Shown one piece after another: positions 12,874-25,709 of a DNA stretch of 64,000 nucleotides. The position numbers and the translations under genes are program-made. Source of the DNA: Neodothiora populina (taxonomy: Eukaryota); assembly GCF_041146345.1 (NCBI RefSeq), contig NW_027191403.1, positions 62,001 to 126,000 on the forward strand, given 5' to 3'. The notes below the pieces were generated by a model that did no database searches, was not told where the DNA came from, and was given only the letters and a program-made list of their open reading frames with translations. Position 1 is the first letter of the stretch; each line of letters opens with the position of its first letter.

Positions 12874-13809
12874 ATGATTGATCCGGAAGAGCAGTATTGG
12901 GTAGACGGACGCGAAATCTACGGTGACGAGAAGAGGGCGCAAGTCGTCAATTGGGATGAACGACGACAGATTTCAGTAATTGGCCCGACTGAACTTCTAT
13001 GAATGGAAGGAGATCGAGACATTGCGATACTGCAACGATTCAGTAGTTGCCTTAGTGATGGAATCAACACAATCACTGTCGATGAACAAGGGTCGTTGAG
13101 CTCGACATCAGCCGACGTCGATGACGATACGACCTTCTCCGTCCGATATCCAAACTACCACGACTGCTCTTCTCTACATGCCTGTCCAGCCGTCCGCATG
13201 TCTGAAGTTGTTGAGCTTGACCGACTAGGACCAGCCGTTGATCTAGTGAGCTACAACAAAGAGTTCGGCTCGGGGAGAAAGGTAGTCTTCAAGTATGCTA
13301 TGATATTTCAACGCCGACAGAGGATCTGGAACGAGCTCCATATCCTTAGAGCGATCCCCGAACATCCAAACGTTATTCCTTTCGACTCCGTCGTTCTCGA
13401 TGACGCGGATCCACAAGCCATTGGCTTCACAACACCGTACACCTCTGGTGGTACTCTCGAAAGCAATAAGTCTCGCACTTTTCGTCTGGCATGGCCGGAT
13501 CAGCTCACCGCCGTCGTTGACTACTTGAACTTGGCGAGGGGCATCGCGCACCGAGATATTGCTCCCCGTAACCTTCTCGGGAACGACGATGACAGCGATG
13601 GCAATGAGCCCAGGCTCCACCTGTTCGACTTTGATTGGGCTGCCTTACTGAGTGAGTCGATGACCCTTCCGGAGCGCAGCGACGTAGCTGGCGTCACCTT
13701 CACAATTTACGAGATTATAACAAACGATTATCATTTCCGGGACCAGCCTTTCGAAGAGCAAGACCCCGAGCAGGTATTGCGCATGGAAGAATGGCATATC
13801 AGGAGATAA
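12874..13809 (+). pseudogene. Fungal protein-kinase-like gene with premature stop
   Basis: VVFK, WNE, HPNV, HRDIAPRNLL, LFDFD and SDVAG motifs. The N-terminal MIDPEEQYW...VVNWDE is in frame but interrupted by TGA at 13000-13002, and the C-terminus appears truncated. Confidence 0.75.
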
Positions 13810-14659
13810 AGTCCCACTACGATGTACCGAGCATCCCCGTTATGCCACCACCTCGACCATCCATTATTGCAATCAACGGCGAAGGACAGCCCGTGTTCGG
13901 GTCTGTAGTCGTTCAGCTGAGGACCCATGCATTGAACTTTGGTCAGAACGTGATCAAATAGGAACGTCCGCCTTATGACAAAGCTTATCACACAAGACAA
14001 CCTATGAATAAGTAAGAGACGCGATGTCTACTTTCGCATTAGCTTGAGTTATCTGTGTAAAGCTTGAGTTAAGGTCAGTCTGATCCGCACTCCCCGTGGC
14101 CATGTATGTCAGTAGCTCGAGGGAGATTTACATGCCAAATGGCAAGGAATGCAGCAACTTTGACACAAGTTCCTTTGAATGTTTGTGACGTGTGGCACGC
14201 GGTATATTTGCACTTTCAATACAGCACTGTGCCACTTCTCTTATGATGCTTCAAATTTATGGGAAGCAAGATGGCATCTGAGGTACAGGGATTGCATAGC
14301 TGACAGACCAATATGTCTCGTATGGTATTGCGAATTTTCCGGGAGTTGGCCACAAAGGGTTGTTACTGGAGAGCGATACACGGGACCCAATGCTGGTTCA
14401 CTATGCCCCTGGTATCTTGGGAGTCCTTGCATATGGTCTTGGCGTGATTAGGCAACAATAAGATTAGACTCGCACTTGTATCATGCAAGCTTCAAACTCG
14501 CGAGAAACGCGGAAGCGGACGCGTCGCGACAGCCTGATGCAACTCATCTGTACTTGCATGAAAGGGGCTCAACCTTTCAGAGAAAGAGGGTCTCCACTCC
14601 TTCGACCGTGATGAACACACTCCTACATAAAATTCACACAGATCACGACTCTGCTAAGA

Positions 14660-16049
14660 ATGTCTAGTGAACAAGAATGCAAAACAGAAATGACAGTCGT
14701 AGAGCAGGGGGTTATCTCCCAGGAAGGCCGCGAGCTGGCCCAGTACATCAAAGACCTGTACAGCTCGGGAGCCAAGATGTGGACCAAATATATGTTCTAT
14801 GATATTGAAGCAGTTCTCGTCAGAGAACCAAGGCCCCATTATACCTTGATTCGCAGCAGTATGCAAGAGTCCTTGAGAGTTTTTCTTTCCAGAATTAAAA
14901 ACCCCTTCAGATTGGCTGACGATTGCTGTTGCATCAGTGAACGGGGCTTTAAGAAAGAAGCAAGTGCCACTCGACGGCGAATCATGCGATTTCTGCGAGT
15001 ACTTGTAGGTATATTCACGTATAGCCTGCTGAGTTTTTACATCGCGTACACGCCCTATTCTTCCTGCTCGAAACAACAGATCGCTGAGCTGAATGATCTG
15101 ATACGCAGATACGTATTCCCGCGATTGAAGACAATCCAGGAGTTGGTTCATGCTGCCGAGGAGCAGGAGTTTGAGTATGACGATGATGAGCCTTGGCCAC
15201 CTCCTACAGAGCCCGACATCGTCGATGATAGAGCTCTAGCTACCCGTGCTCTGACATTTGCAAGTACTGATGGACCGTCACTTGCAACATACAGCCCTGC
15301 ACTACAAGCAGCGTGGACTGAGGTGCAGCGGAATTGGAAGCAGAGCGCTACATGTGCAGGATTGACGTCGATCTTCAGTAAAGATGCTTCCATATCGAAG
15401 ACCACAAAGAGAGTTGTGTGCTTTGGCCTTGGAAACTTTGGAGTATCGCCGGATTACACGTGCATGGAATCTCTGGCCGAATGTGATGATCTACCTGTCT
15501 GCCGTGCAATGACACAGCACGCTGCGGCCCTGACCGTGGCAGAAACTCTAGGCAAACGACTGGGCACAGGCCCTTTGCCCATCTTTGCACAAGATCCAGA
15601 GTATTCCCCAGCAGCGAAGCACTTACTTGCCAGTGTCGGCATAGAAGTCGTAGGTGGCCGTGGCTCTCTTGGCTTCACACATGTCGATGATGATACGATT
15701 GTATTCACCGTCTGCTCCAATATCTGCGTCAAGCAGATAGTTGCCGACATTGCGAAGCCGCTAGCGATGATATGGGACCGAGTCAGCCGCAAGGTAGACG
15801 AGAGATCTGAATTCATGAGACAATTTCATGAAGGCAAGTGGCAACACGTCGTGTAAGTCCATTATCAGTTTTGATCCGATTCACTGGAGGCATACATGTG
15901 CTGATCACCTTCGACATCGTCAAAGACCATGGGTCACAGACCAGGACTCTCCTCGCACTCGGAAACTGGTCGAAGACTATGACGACTTCGAATTGCCCGC
16001 CGATCTAGAACGGTTCAGCGATATAGCAGTTTACGTACGCCGGGACTGA
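14660..16049 (+). CDS. SRR1-like domain protein (intron 15853-15925)
   Basis: VVCFGLG, QHAAAL, FAQDPEY, GFTHVDDDTIVF and KQIVADI motifs. A GTAAGT..CTGAT..AAG intron restores the C-terminal PW.TD..SPR exon. Confidence 0.75.
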
Positions 16050-16674
16050 TAAGTTTGCTACGAGAGTCTCAGAGGATCAGCGTCAGGTATCTTGTCACTC
16101 ATCTGATAGAAGAAAATGGGACGTACACTCAGCGATTATCTCTTCGTTTTTCCATTGCATGCCTCACTATCGTACACAGAAGGTCTACTGTTTTTCCGAA
16201 GGTTCGCAGCGTTTCTTCCCATGTTCCATCTCACGTCATTCATTGGACTCGTGACAAACATTATTTCTCGTGGAAGCTTACATAAACTAATGCGTTCCAC
16301 TATTACACGACTTCAATTGATTGTTCTTCTGGTTTGTTTCGATTTCTGGACGTACACCACCTCTAGCCGTTAGTCACCTCAATGATGCTGGATGTGTACA
16401 ATTCATAACTCTTCTATCTCTTGCCAGACAGAAACTAGCTTCTAGAAGGTACATGTGCTATTTTTAGAATGGTTCATGTGAATCACTATAGACGATGCGG
16501 CGTCGAGTCAGATTGTTTGTCAAATCATATGGTTCGTGTCTAAGGTCGTGATTGAATGATATTGAGTCAACATTGTTCCAGACAGCTCCAGAGGTAGATC
16601 ACATGCCAAGAAGTCATGTCCGAGATGCGCGGCCATCAGAGCATGCCTCGCTGAATATCGTACACATCTCCACG

Positions 16675-19600
16675 TCAGATCTGGTTCTGAGCCTCCCAGA
16701 GCTTCCGAAACCACCCGTTTTCTTTCCCTTTCAACACCTCCGGATCGCCTTCCTCGACGATACGCCCTTCATCTAGCACAATGACCCTATTACACTTGGC
16801 CAGACTAGTCAGTCTATGCGCCACAGTGAGGACTGTATGTGCCGCAAATTCCTGGTCGATGATATTCCTCATCAGCTCGTCGGTTTGGATGTCCACGTTC
16901 GATGTGGATTCGTCTAGAACGAGTATCCGTGAGGTGTTCTTTCGGATGATTGCGCGTGCTAGACAGAAGAGCTGTTGCTGACTTTGAGATAGCCCGAGGT
17001 CTGCGATTGGGGTATCCAGACCTCCGCGAAGTTTGATGGCGGACCAGAGACCTACGCGCTCGAGGGCGTGGACTATCATCTAATAGTCAACTCTGTCTGT
17101 TGCAACAGCTGATGTTTGCCGTGGCGCGATGTCCTGGTCCGAGTAGGGAGCGGCATTGAAAGCTACACTACCGGACAGGAGCACTGGCGACTGGGATATC
17201 ACAATCATGCCAGTGCAAATGCGATCGCAAGCGACGTTGGAAATATCCAAGTCGTCCACAGTGATACTGCCAGCTGCAAGTGGAATCATTCGAAACAGTA
17301 GAGATATTAGAGTCGATTTCCCTGAGCCCGTCCTCCCACAGATACCGACTTTTTACCTAGGACGGATCAATAGCTCGATACCATGTAGGACGTCTGGGGT
17401 GTCATCGCTGTATCTAGCGGAGACATTGTGATAGCGTATATATCCTACGTCTGGCCATGTAGCTTCGGGCTGTTCCACGACTTCGGAAGTCTCCTCGGAT
17501 TTGACGTCAAGTTCTAGTTGCCGCAGACGTGCGATAGACCTAATTGAAGTCTCTAGATCCGTCCAATTAGATACCAAGCTTATAAGACTTGTGCTCAGGC
17601 TGATAACGTTGATTAGTGCAACTCCAATCGCCGCAGAAGATAAATACGAATGGAGTTAAGTCGCAAACGTGACTAGGATGATAGCCAGAGCAGCGACTAA
17701 CAGAGGCAGACAAAGACCAAGCCATTGCTGTATCATGTATAGTAGATAGTATAAGCGCTGAGATGCGTTAAGGACGTTTATGAAATGGGCTAAATAAAGC
17801 TTCTGCCATCTATATGCTCTTATGGTCTGCACTCCCTCTCTAGTCTTAAAGAGCTGCGTGAATAATAGCGACTTCAACTCTAGATCAAGTAGTCGCAGCT
17901 GCCGACTAGTACGTAAGTAGAACACCTGGATTGCTTATACGATCGCAGCTAAGACTGGAAGGAAAGCTATTACGTAATATGAACCATAGCGTACTACAGC
18001 GCCATCCCATATGATAGCTAACGTGGTGTAGAAGAGTTGCATTACAGCGATGGGGACATGGTTATCGATGAGACTGATGTCTTAGCTGAAGCGATTCAAA
18101 ATCACTCCGCTGTCAGTCTTCGAGAAGAACGTAAACGGTGCAGCAGAGACGATGGATATCAGCTTCTAGTGAAGACTTCGTCCGGTTTGTGGCATAATAC
18201 GGACCAACATCAAACTGTATGGCATTAGATATAAGTGACGTGTCACGATAATGACTTACACACCTTTTCGCTAGGAAGAGCGAGAGATAAGCACCAAGGG
18301 CAAAAGCAAACATAACCCCGATGTACATATCGGTTTTGCCTCCTCTGTCTGTTATCCACTATTGCACCCAAAGTTCTGCATAAGCATCATCATCAGTGCT
18401 AGGTCTAACTGTATACATGGAGTCATACGTACGAGGAACTTTGTACAAGGTAACAGTGGTGAATTGAAGACCGAAGGATAGCGCGATATAAGCAAGCCCT
18501 GCATGCTTACAATAATATTGGTAAACAGAAAGGTCGCCAATGCGACTATTTCTCACCTCAACTCCCTGACTTGATTCTTCAGGCGATATTCTCGGCACTG
18601 AATAGGACTCAGGTCCCACGCGGTCTCCTCCGCGGCGCTGCGATGTATGCGGCTGGGTAGTGAGCTTGTTCGTATATGCTCGTCCGATCTGTAACGAAGC
18701 AAATGAACCTTGCTCTAAAACACTACCGTCCGAGTCGAGCGCGACTATATGGTCTGCGGCATGAAGATGTCTAACTGCAGATAAGGTCAATCTAATGCAC
18801 CAACGACTGGACAGGAGGCTGCGTACTTGCGTGTGTTGCTAAAACCACCGTCACATTGTGTTTTGGAAATAAGCCTAATGGTCCAAATACTTGCTCGAAA
18901 ACCAGATCCTCAGTCTCAGCGTCTAGATCGCTGAAGACATCGTCTAGCAATACGATCGGTTTTCTAGAGTACACTGCCCGCGCCAGAGAAAGGCGTGTGC
19001 GTTGGCCACCACTCAGTGTTAGCCCACGGCTTCCAACCAATGCGTCCTTTCCATTAGTGAGATTAGCGATGTTAATATCCAGGCAACACGAGCGTACGAC
19101 ATTCTGATACCACTCATCGTCCATGGAGTAGTTACTGATGATGATCTGCTCGATGGTCTGATTTGGCAGCCATGCAGATTGTTAGCAGTATGCAATATCA
19201 GCTGAGTCGAGTCTCACAGAACCTTGGTTGCAATTCAGCTCTCCTAGAATACCAAGAAGCATGGTGGTCTTTCCAGAACCAATGGGCCCAACAATCATCG
19301 TCATTGAAGCTTTGGCAAATCTAATAATTATATTTTGCACCACATTGTCGTCTTTTGAGTAGCCAAACGACACGTGGTCGGATGTCAGAGCGTCGCTGAC
19401 CCGTCATTGTGCGCTTTTGGCAGGATGGTTGCTAGCTCGATGTCATGTGAAAATGTTCGATCCGTAGTCTTATTGCTTATCAATCGATGATCCTGGATGC
19501 CTGCGCTCGATAAATAGGTTTGGATACGATCAAAGCAGCCAATACAGCCGATGAAGTTCGGTATGCTGGAAAGGACATAAGCGAGTGGACTCGCTACAAG

Positions 19601-20661
19601 ACTAAGGATCGATAATATGGTGTATGCTTGAACGGATGTGAGCTGCTGTTCTCCATGAGCCAAGTGAGAGAGAGCAACTGTCATAAGAACAAATGCTGTT
19701 AAGAACGTCGGCATTAAATTCGAGGAAACATTCATCTATATAATCATCCACCATACATGCTTTAAATGTAGCAGTTCTCGTTTACGTTTTCCCTGCAGCA
19801 ACCTTCTCATGGTGTTGCTTAATCCTATCATTCTTATTCCCTTCATATAATCAAGCATAGAAGACGTTAAGGCAATACGCTGCTAGACAGCCTTGTTCCA
19901 CACTGGTCGACGTCTGCTCAATTCTGGTCCAACCTAGTATGTATTAATAACCGTTCTTAAGACTACGAAGAACACGGGCGCGATGTAGCCTACTTTAGCT
20001 TCCCGTTTAAGTAGATAAATACCGATAACGACTTCGAACGTGCTTGCCCAGATTTTGTGAAATTGCTGAGAGGCAGTAACGACTGTATCGACGTCTGTGC
20101 TCATTAATGTTGCAGAGGCAGAATCTTGGATCGCTGACTGTGGCATTTGGAGAGTTTTGTGGTATATTAACGAAACGAAACGAAAGCACCGCGCAACATA
20201 GTCACGCTTCGATAGATGCGGTGTTTGTAGCGCCCGTTGGTGATCGCGATACCGACATAAATGATGGCAGTTGCGCCGATCAGACCGTAGCTGACATTCT
20301 TGTTGCTCTCTGCAGGATTACTTTTCTAGAGAAAGACGATGATACGACTAATCAAGACCGGCTGTGAATAATTGAAGCCAATCAACGCAAGCCGCGGGAT
20401 AATAGGAGCTGCAAGAGGCCAAGCAAAGAATCTTAGCACAGTCAAGATGAGAGCGTGCTTTGCGTGCTTGTTGCTTCTGTTCCATGCATTTTGCGCGGTC
20501 TGGTGCAAGACGCGAGTAGTAAGAGCATCGTCGAGGTCGAAAAGGTCATCGAAAGCCAGCGTGTGACGGAAGCCATTGAAGAATAGACTGTTGAGCCACC
20601 AAAAGACGGATCTGTTATAGATGCCACTAAGGCTTTCTGGAGCCGACCATTGGTACTGCAC
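16675..20661 (-). pseudogene. ABCC/MRP-type ABC transporter pseudogene, RIP-mutated, 5' (TMD0) part not recognisable
   Basis: Walker A GPIGSGKT and GRTGSGKS, signature LSGGQ, Walker B LLDD and LVLDE, and the FWWLN linker. Many in-frame TAA/TAG stops (e.g. 17080, 17353, 17656, 19182, 20326) and G-to-A missense changes. Confidence 0.92.
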
Positions 20662-21485
20662 TGTACGGTACGTTGCCTACCTTACCTGATATGAATTATC
20701 ATACCTGCGTTCGGACGGTTTCATTGGGTACGAACATCCGCCTAGATCGTTCGGCATATTATTGCTGCGTGACGAGAAGCAGCGAGTCCCGTTTTGAATG
20801 GGGTGCAAACTCTGATGATTTCATATGAGGGATCCGAGCCACAAAGCATGCATCATATTCGATGCAGCTTGCTGAGAGACATAGTACCAGTTTCTGTAAC
20901 AACAATAGCCAGGAAGAGGCCGAGCAGACACCTCGTGATCATCTTCAACGGAATAAGGGGGTCAAGGAGTGGGGGGTAGAGATGGCCGCAGTACTGAGGC
21001 GTTGATAAAGACTTCACAGCGAATGGTCTTACGAATATATATGCCCTCGAATCTGTGGATCAAGCACTTATATCCATATGTCCTTATCAGCGAAACATGC
21101 GATCAAAACGGTATATTCCGTGTCTATTCCATACGAGCCGGCACTAATGCAGATCGTAAATCGATATTATGGCAATTATTGCATTTTCTACCACGTTTCG
21201 TGGCTCGCATGCATTCGTTTACGAATGTGGACGGTAACCACAGTTGATCCATACTGCTGACTGCATCAGTTGGAGCACCCGGCATGGTACCAAGAACAGG
21301 CTAGATGCGGATAACTAATACCCATCAATAGAGACCTAACACATGTGACTCGCTGACACAGCATGCGTGATTTTTCCACACAATCGTTCGACTCTCTGTA
21401 AGTGCCTCACGCTTTTCCTAGAAGCCTTTCTTCTCCTGCTGAAGCATTTGCTCGCATCTGTCAACCACAGATTACTCTGTGAACC

Positions 21486-22208
21486 ATGTTCAGCTCCGGG
21501 AAACTGCGACTATCTGGCATAAGATACTCCTTGCTTACCAACACCGATACGGATGATGTTGCCAAATCAAACAGTACCCTGTTTTGCTTCTCTCATTTGT
21601 GGCTTCGTGGTCTACAAACGATCATCGTTCTGCTGCTCGCTGCCATAGTGGTGGCTTTCAGCACGCTTAGGTTGTCATCAGTGTGTATCAAGATAGAGTC
21701 CTTGGAACGTCCTGAATCGAGTATCATCAATGTCAAGAACTGTGGGAGCAATCCGATGGAAGCACGAGCTCGAGGCTGCACCTTCGACTTCCTCAATTTC
21801 GCATGGCAAATCCCTGAGTGTTATGATGGGGAGCTTGTTGATGCATGCAAACACTTAAGAAACTGGACATTCTACCGCGATGCTGATGGTCATGATCCTG
21901 TCACTCTGGACGTAGCAGCTCAGGGTGACACTGACATGCTTTTCGCCCCCAGAGAATTCCAATCTGTCCAGTGCAAATATGCCTGGACACAAATGCACAG
22001 AGTCCTATTTGCCAACAGGCCAATGGACAGTCACCTCATCAACGTCAATCACACCAAGCGCTGTGGATCGATCCTTTACGACTATGACTACCAAGGAGAG
22101 CTCAAGATGGGTATCACGACGCCGATCATCTACCCGGAGTGCGATACAAAAAGAAAATGGGTCAGTGGTGGTGCAGTAGAGCTCTTAAAACAGTCCGGAC
22201 TACTATAG
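21486..22208 (+). CDS. PhomB/UstYa(DUF3328)-related single-TM protein, copy 1 (His motifs degenerate)
   Basis: N-terminal TM helix, then CGSNPMEARARGCTFD...W..PECYD.EL and a C-terminal YPEC. The HxxHC positions read QSVQC and HTKRC. Confidence 0.7.
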   Translation: MFSSGKLRLSGIRYSLLTNTDTDDVAKSNSTLFCFSHLWLRGLQTIIVLLLAAIVVAFSTLRLSSVCIKIESLERPESSIINVKNCGSNPMEARARGCTFDFLNFAWQIPECYDGELVDACKHLRNWTFYRDADGHDPVTLDVAAQGDTDMLFAPREFQSVQCKYAWTQMHRVLFANRPMDSHLINVNHTKRCGSILYDYDYQGELKMGITTPIIYPECDTKRKWVSGGAVELLKQSGLL

Positions 22209-22890
22209 CGTGTGCGATCAAGAGATCAATCAGGATGAGATAGTTCATCGAGAGATTTCCAGATCCATTACATATGACTCGTAACTAGACGCTTGGCCAA
22301 CGCATTTTCCACCTCTACATAACTTCCATATCCTCTCCATATCATCTTTACATCTTCTGCCAACCTAAATAATTGCCTTGTCATTTTTGATGAGGAGGAC
22401 GTAGTGGATGTGACATGTCATACGGAGTCCCAGCGCCCAGCGGCAGAAATTGATTTCTCTACCTGCTCTGACAGTAACCTTTTCCCTTCCACAGCATCGA
22501 ATCGTTATCGCTTCCGGATCGGTATCAACGGCACATGAGGGGCGGTCAAGGATATGAAGATCACGTGAAAGTTGATTCAAGCAATTTGTGAGATCTTCGT
22601 TGCAGACATGGAGATTGGTTGAGATGTAGAGTCTGCTAGCTGGAGGAGTGTGAAGGACGTTGATATCTAGAGTTCTTAATCAGTTCTGGGATATGTTTTT
22701 GCAAATGTGGGCCTAAGTGCAGTACCATCATGTACTATGGAATCGAACAGTAGCAAGATGGCTCAGATGTTCCATAACACTATCAGCAGCCTCCTTATTA
22801 CTGTATCGAACCAAAGCTCAGCTCTACTTACCAAGGAAAAATTCGAGCCGTATCGTCTTTGCCTGTACAACCTTCCTCCAATTTCATCAC

Positions 22891-23606
22891 ATGATGCCGA
22901 ACCAGGCCTTCGCAGATAAGAGCTCCGTCGAGTTGGAAGTGCCATTCTGTCAGGATAGTAGTGTTGAATTTGACACTACAGGACACGCGAATTATTCTGA
23001 CGACGTGCGAAGTTCTACGAGAATCATACGGATGAAGCTCTCAACTGATCAGCTCTTCCTATACATATATGGTGCACTACTGGTCGCCAAATTCTGCCTT
23101 GCCTTCCTTCCTGCGCCGTTAGTATGCTCTGGCAAGACCGCCTGCAAGAGTGATGCCATACACTATGTATCACTAGACCAGGCTATGCAACCTCCGTGTG
23201 GCACGAACAAAGACGCTGCGCTGGCTGCTGGATGTCATTTTGACCCGATATCTTTCAGCTGGCTACCTGACCGATGTTACGATGGGGAATTAGTCTCTGA
23301 GTTTCTTGCTTTGCGTCCATGGTCATGGTATCACGATAGAGAAGGGAAGCACGAGGCAGACAAAGGCGAGGTCTACAGAGGCGAGCTGGAAAGCTCTTCG
23401 TTACTTGGGATTATCATAAGACTCACTGCACATACATGTGGCGGAAACTACATCGCGTTATGGAACGTGGGTGGCCCGTCGACGGATATATAGGGACTTC
23501 AAACCATACACGTCATTGCCTGAAGCAGCTAGATAGGAAAGGCATCGATCCCGAGGCGTTGATTACAGGGATCCTCATGAAATGGCCAACATGCCCAGAT
23601 TATTGA
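22891..23606 (+). pseudogene. PhomB/UstYa(DUF3328)-related protein, copy 2, single -1 frameshift at ~23391
   Basis: TM helix and CGTNKDAALAAGCHFD..SW.P.RCYD.EL. After a shift at GAAAG the frame reads KLFVTWDYHKTHCTYMWRKLHR...DGYIGTSNHTRHC...KWPTCPDY-stop, with two intact HxxHC motifs. Confidence 0.75.
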
Positions 23607-23824
23607 TGAGGGTGTCTACCAGCGAAAATTCCCGCAATCGACTGGCTCAGGTACGGAAGGTTACTTCTGGTCTTCTCACGAGGCTAGATCGCGAATGCCA
23701 GGCGCCCAAGTCAAGGAGGCGGTCATACATGCATTTGGGAATTCAGGTGTCGAGTCATGGTCAATTTATTCTCGGTTCAGCCATATCGGCTCGCAATTTT
23801 TACGACTGAATTACACATTAATTC

Positions 23825-24905
23825 TCACATCACGATTGCAGTTCCGATTGCGTCTTCGACAAACCACACTTCTTGCAGAATCTCCTTCGCAGTCGGTCTG
23901 TCTCGAGGATCTAGCTTCATGATTTTTTGTAGGAATTGGTTGTCCTCCTTCGCTATTTCCCGCTCAGTGATACCATGGAATGGCTTGCGATTATCGCCCG
24001 GAACAGTGTCCATGGCATGAATTATCAGCTTGATCGCATCTTCGTCTGCAAATTCTGAGTATGTTGTTGAAAACGGCCCAAAAAATTGATGATGCTTCTT
24101 GAGGAATGGTAAACTCAAATTCGTCGTCATCAAACGCCACACCATCGTTGGAAGGATCAAACATGTGCCAATCATCGCCATAGATGAGGCTGACAATCTA
24201 TGTTCATGGTCAGCCAATTCTGGATAACCCGAATCGTTAAGAGCTTACTAATGTGCCGAATGACCAAATATCAGTAAGAGTTCCCCACAGGAGTCCTAGT
24301 AGAAGTTGAGGACTTCTCCAGATCGGAGCGCCCACGGTGTAGCCTCCCTTTGCCCATTTTGGATCAACTGCTACAGTTCCTCCGCAGTCTCCGAGCTGGA
24401 TGTTTGCAAATCTAGTCTCTTTCCCATGGTCAACTAGGACATTCTCCAGTTTGATATCTGCATCTAATCGAGCTTTTTCCGAAATTCAGGAGTACGTGTA
24501 GTGCTTCGAGTATTGTTTTCGCTATCCTCTTGATCTCTGATCGTGTGAGCCTTTTCGATTTGGAGTCTACCTGAAGATAGCTGTCAAGATATTTCAACAC
24601 AAGAACTGGCGGGTCCGATTGCTCAAGTTCGTCAATAATTTGACGGAGCGAAGACGTTTGATTCTGAAACTGGCGCAGTACTTTTGCTTCATTCTGAAGT
24701 CGCCAATGACCACCCGCACTTTTTAAGATGATCCTCTGCTCCGCTGAGTCGCTGTTCAGATGCTGATCAGCGCGGATGTGCATAAGCACAATCAGTCCAA
24801 AACATTTTACTGGGCAAGAAAAACAAAACGATGAAGTTGCTTGGTTATCGTATATGTATCAGCTATGGCTTTCAGACTCTGTCCTACTCTCAAGACAGAA
24901 GACAT
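23825..24905 (-). pseudogene. Ser/Thr protein kinase (SRPK/CMGC-like fungal expansion) pseudogene
   Basis: IILK, LQNE, DIKLENVL, QLGDCG, WRSPQ, DIWSFG and LDPRDRPTAKEIL motifs. The His-containing start of the catalytic loop appears deleted near 24490 and there is a frameshift near 24105. Intron 24752-24810. Confidence 0.8.
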
Positions 24906-25709
24906 GAGTGAGACGCAGCCTTTGATACTGTGTCTCGCTTTTGCTGTCGATCCATGTACAAGGGATCGATAACGAGAGTGCACGGAAGACAGATATATTG
25001 CCATTTCTCCGCACCGGCGTAGATCAGCCCGAGTGTCATTGATTAGACAGCGCAAAGCCCTTATGTTGTTTCCATATCTTATACAGGATCGGCTTGAAGT
25101 AGATGGGAATGTTTCCATACTCTATCGATACAACTATACCATTCTATCTACCGATTTAATCTGCGTTGGAGATCTCTGAAACTGAGGTACACGGTACAAG
25201 TAGCAAAGTCATTTCCGTCTTGGCGCGTCCCGCCCCACGCTAGCACTGGGCATATTTGGAGGCACGCGCCTGTGGCACAGGGGTTCGTCGACTAAGGTAA
25301 GGTACACTTTAAGATTGCTGAATCCTTCGAGACACGGACTACAGGACCACAATAGCAACAAGTTGGCGCGCCTTCTACCCAATGACTCAATATTCACAGG
25401 AATCCCTTCCATTGAGTATTTAACGGTCCAAGTTGGCGTCTCCGCTGTCGTATCTTGCGTTGGCACAACAGCATGGACCCTCGGTGTGACATATGACTTC
25501 ATAGGCATGACGCCTCTTGATCTATGTCCGAAGGAATGTCTCTCGACTCTTTAATATCAGATATCGGAAGTCTTACATTGCTGAATCCAGCGGAGTATCT
25601 CTAGTTTTCGTTTGTACATCTTGCAAGCGTAACGCATCAGAACTCGATGACTGCGTTCATCTGCCTCCAATAAGGCAGAATCATCAAGCCGTATTCATGA
25701 TTGAAACGA

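Noticed and set aside
22365..22609. Minus-strand stretch between the two HxxHC genes with an ATG and two KR dipeptides (IRKR, EGKR), considered as a RiPP precursor
   Set aside because: The frame has two internal stops, no proper signal peptide and no repeated core. It cannot be distinguished from chance.
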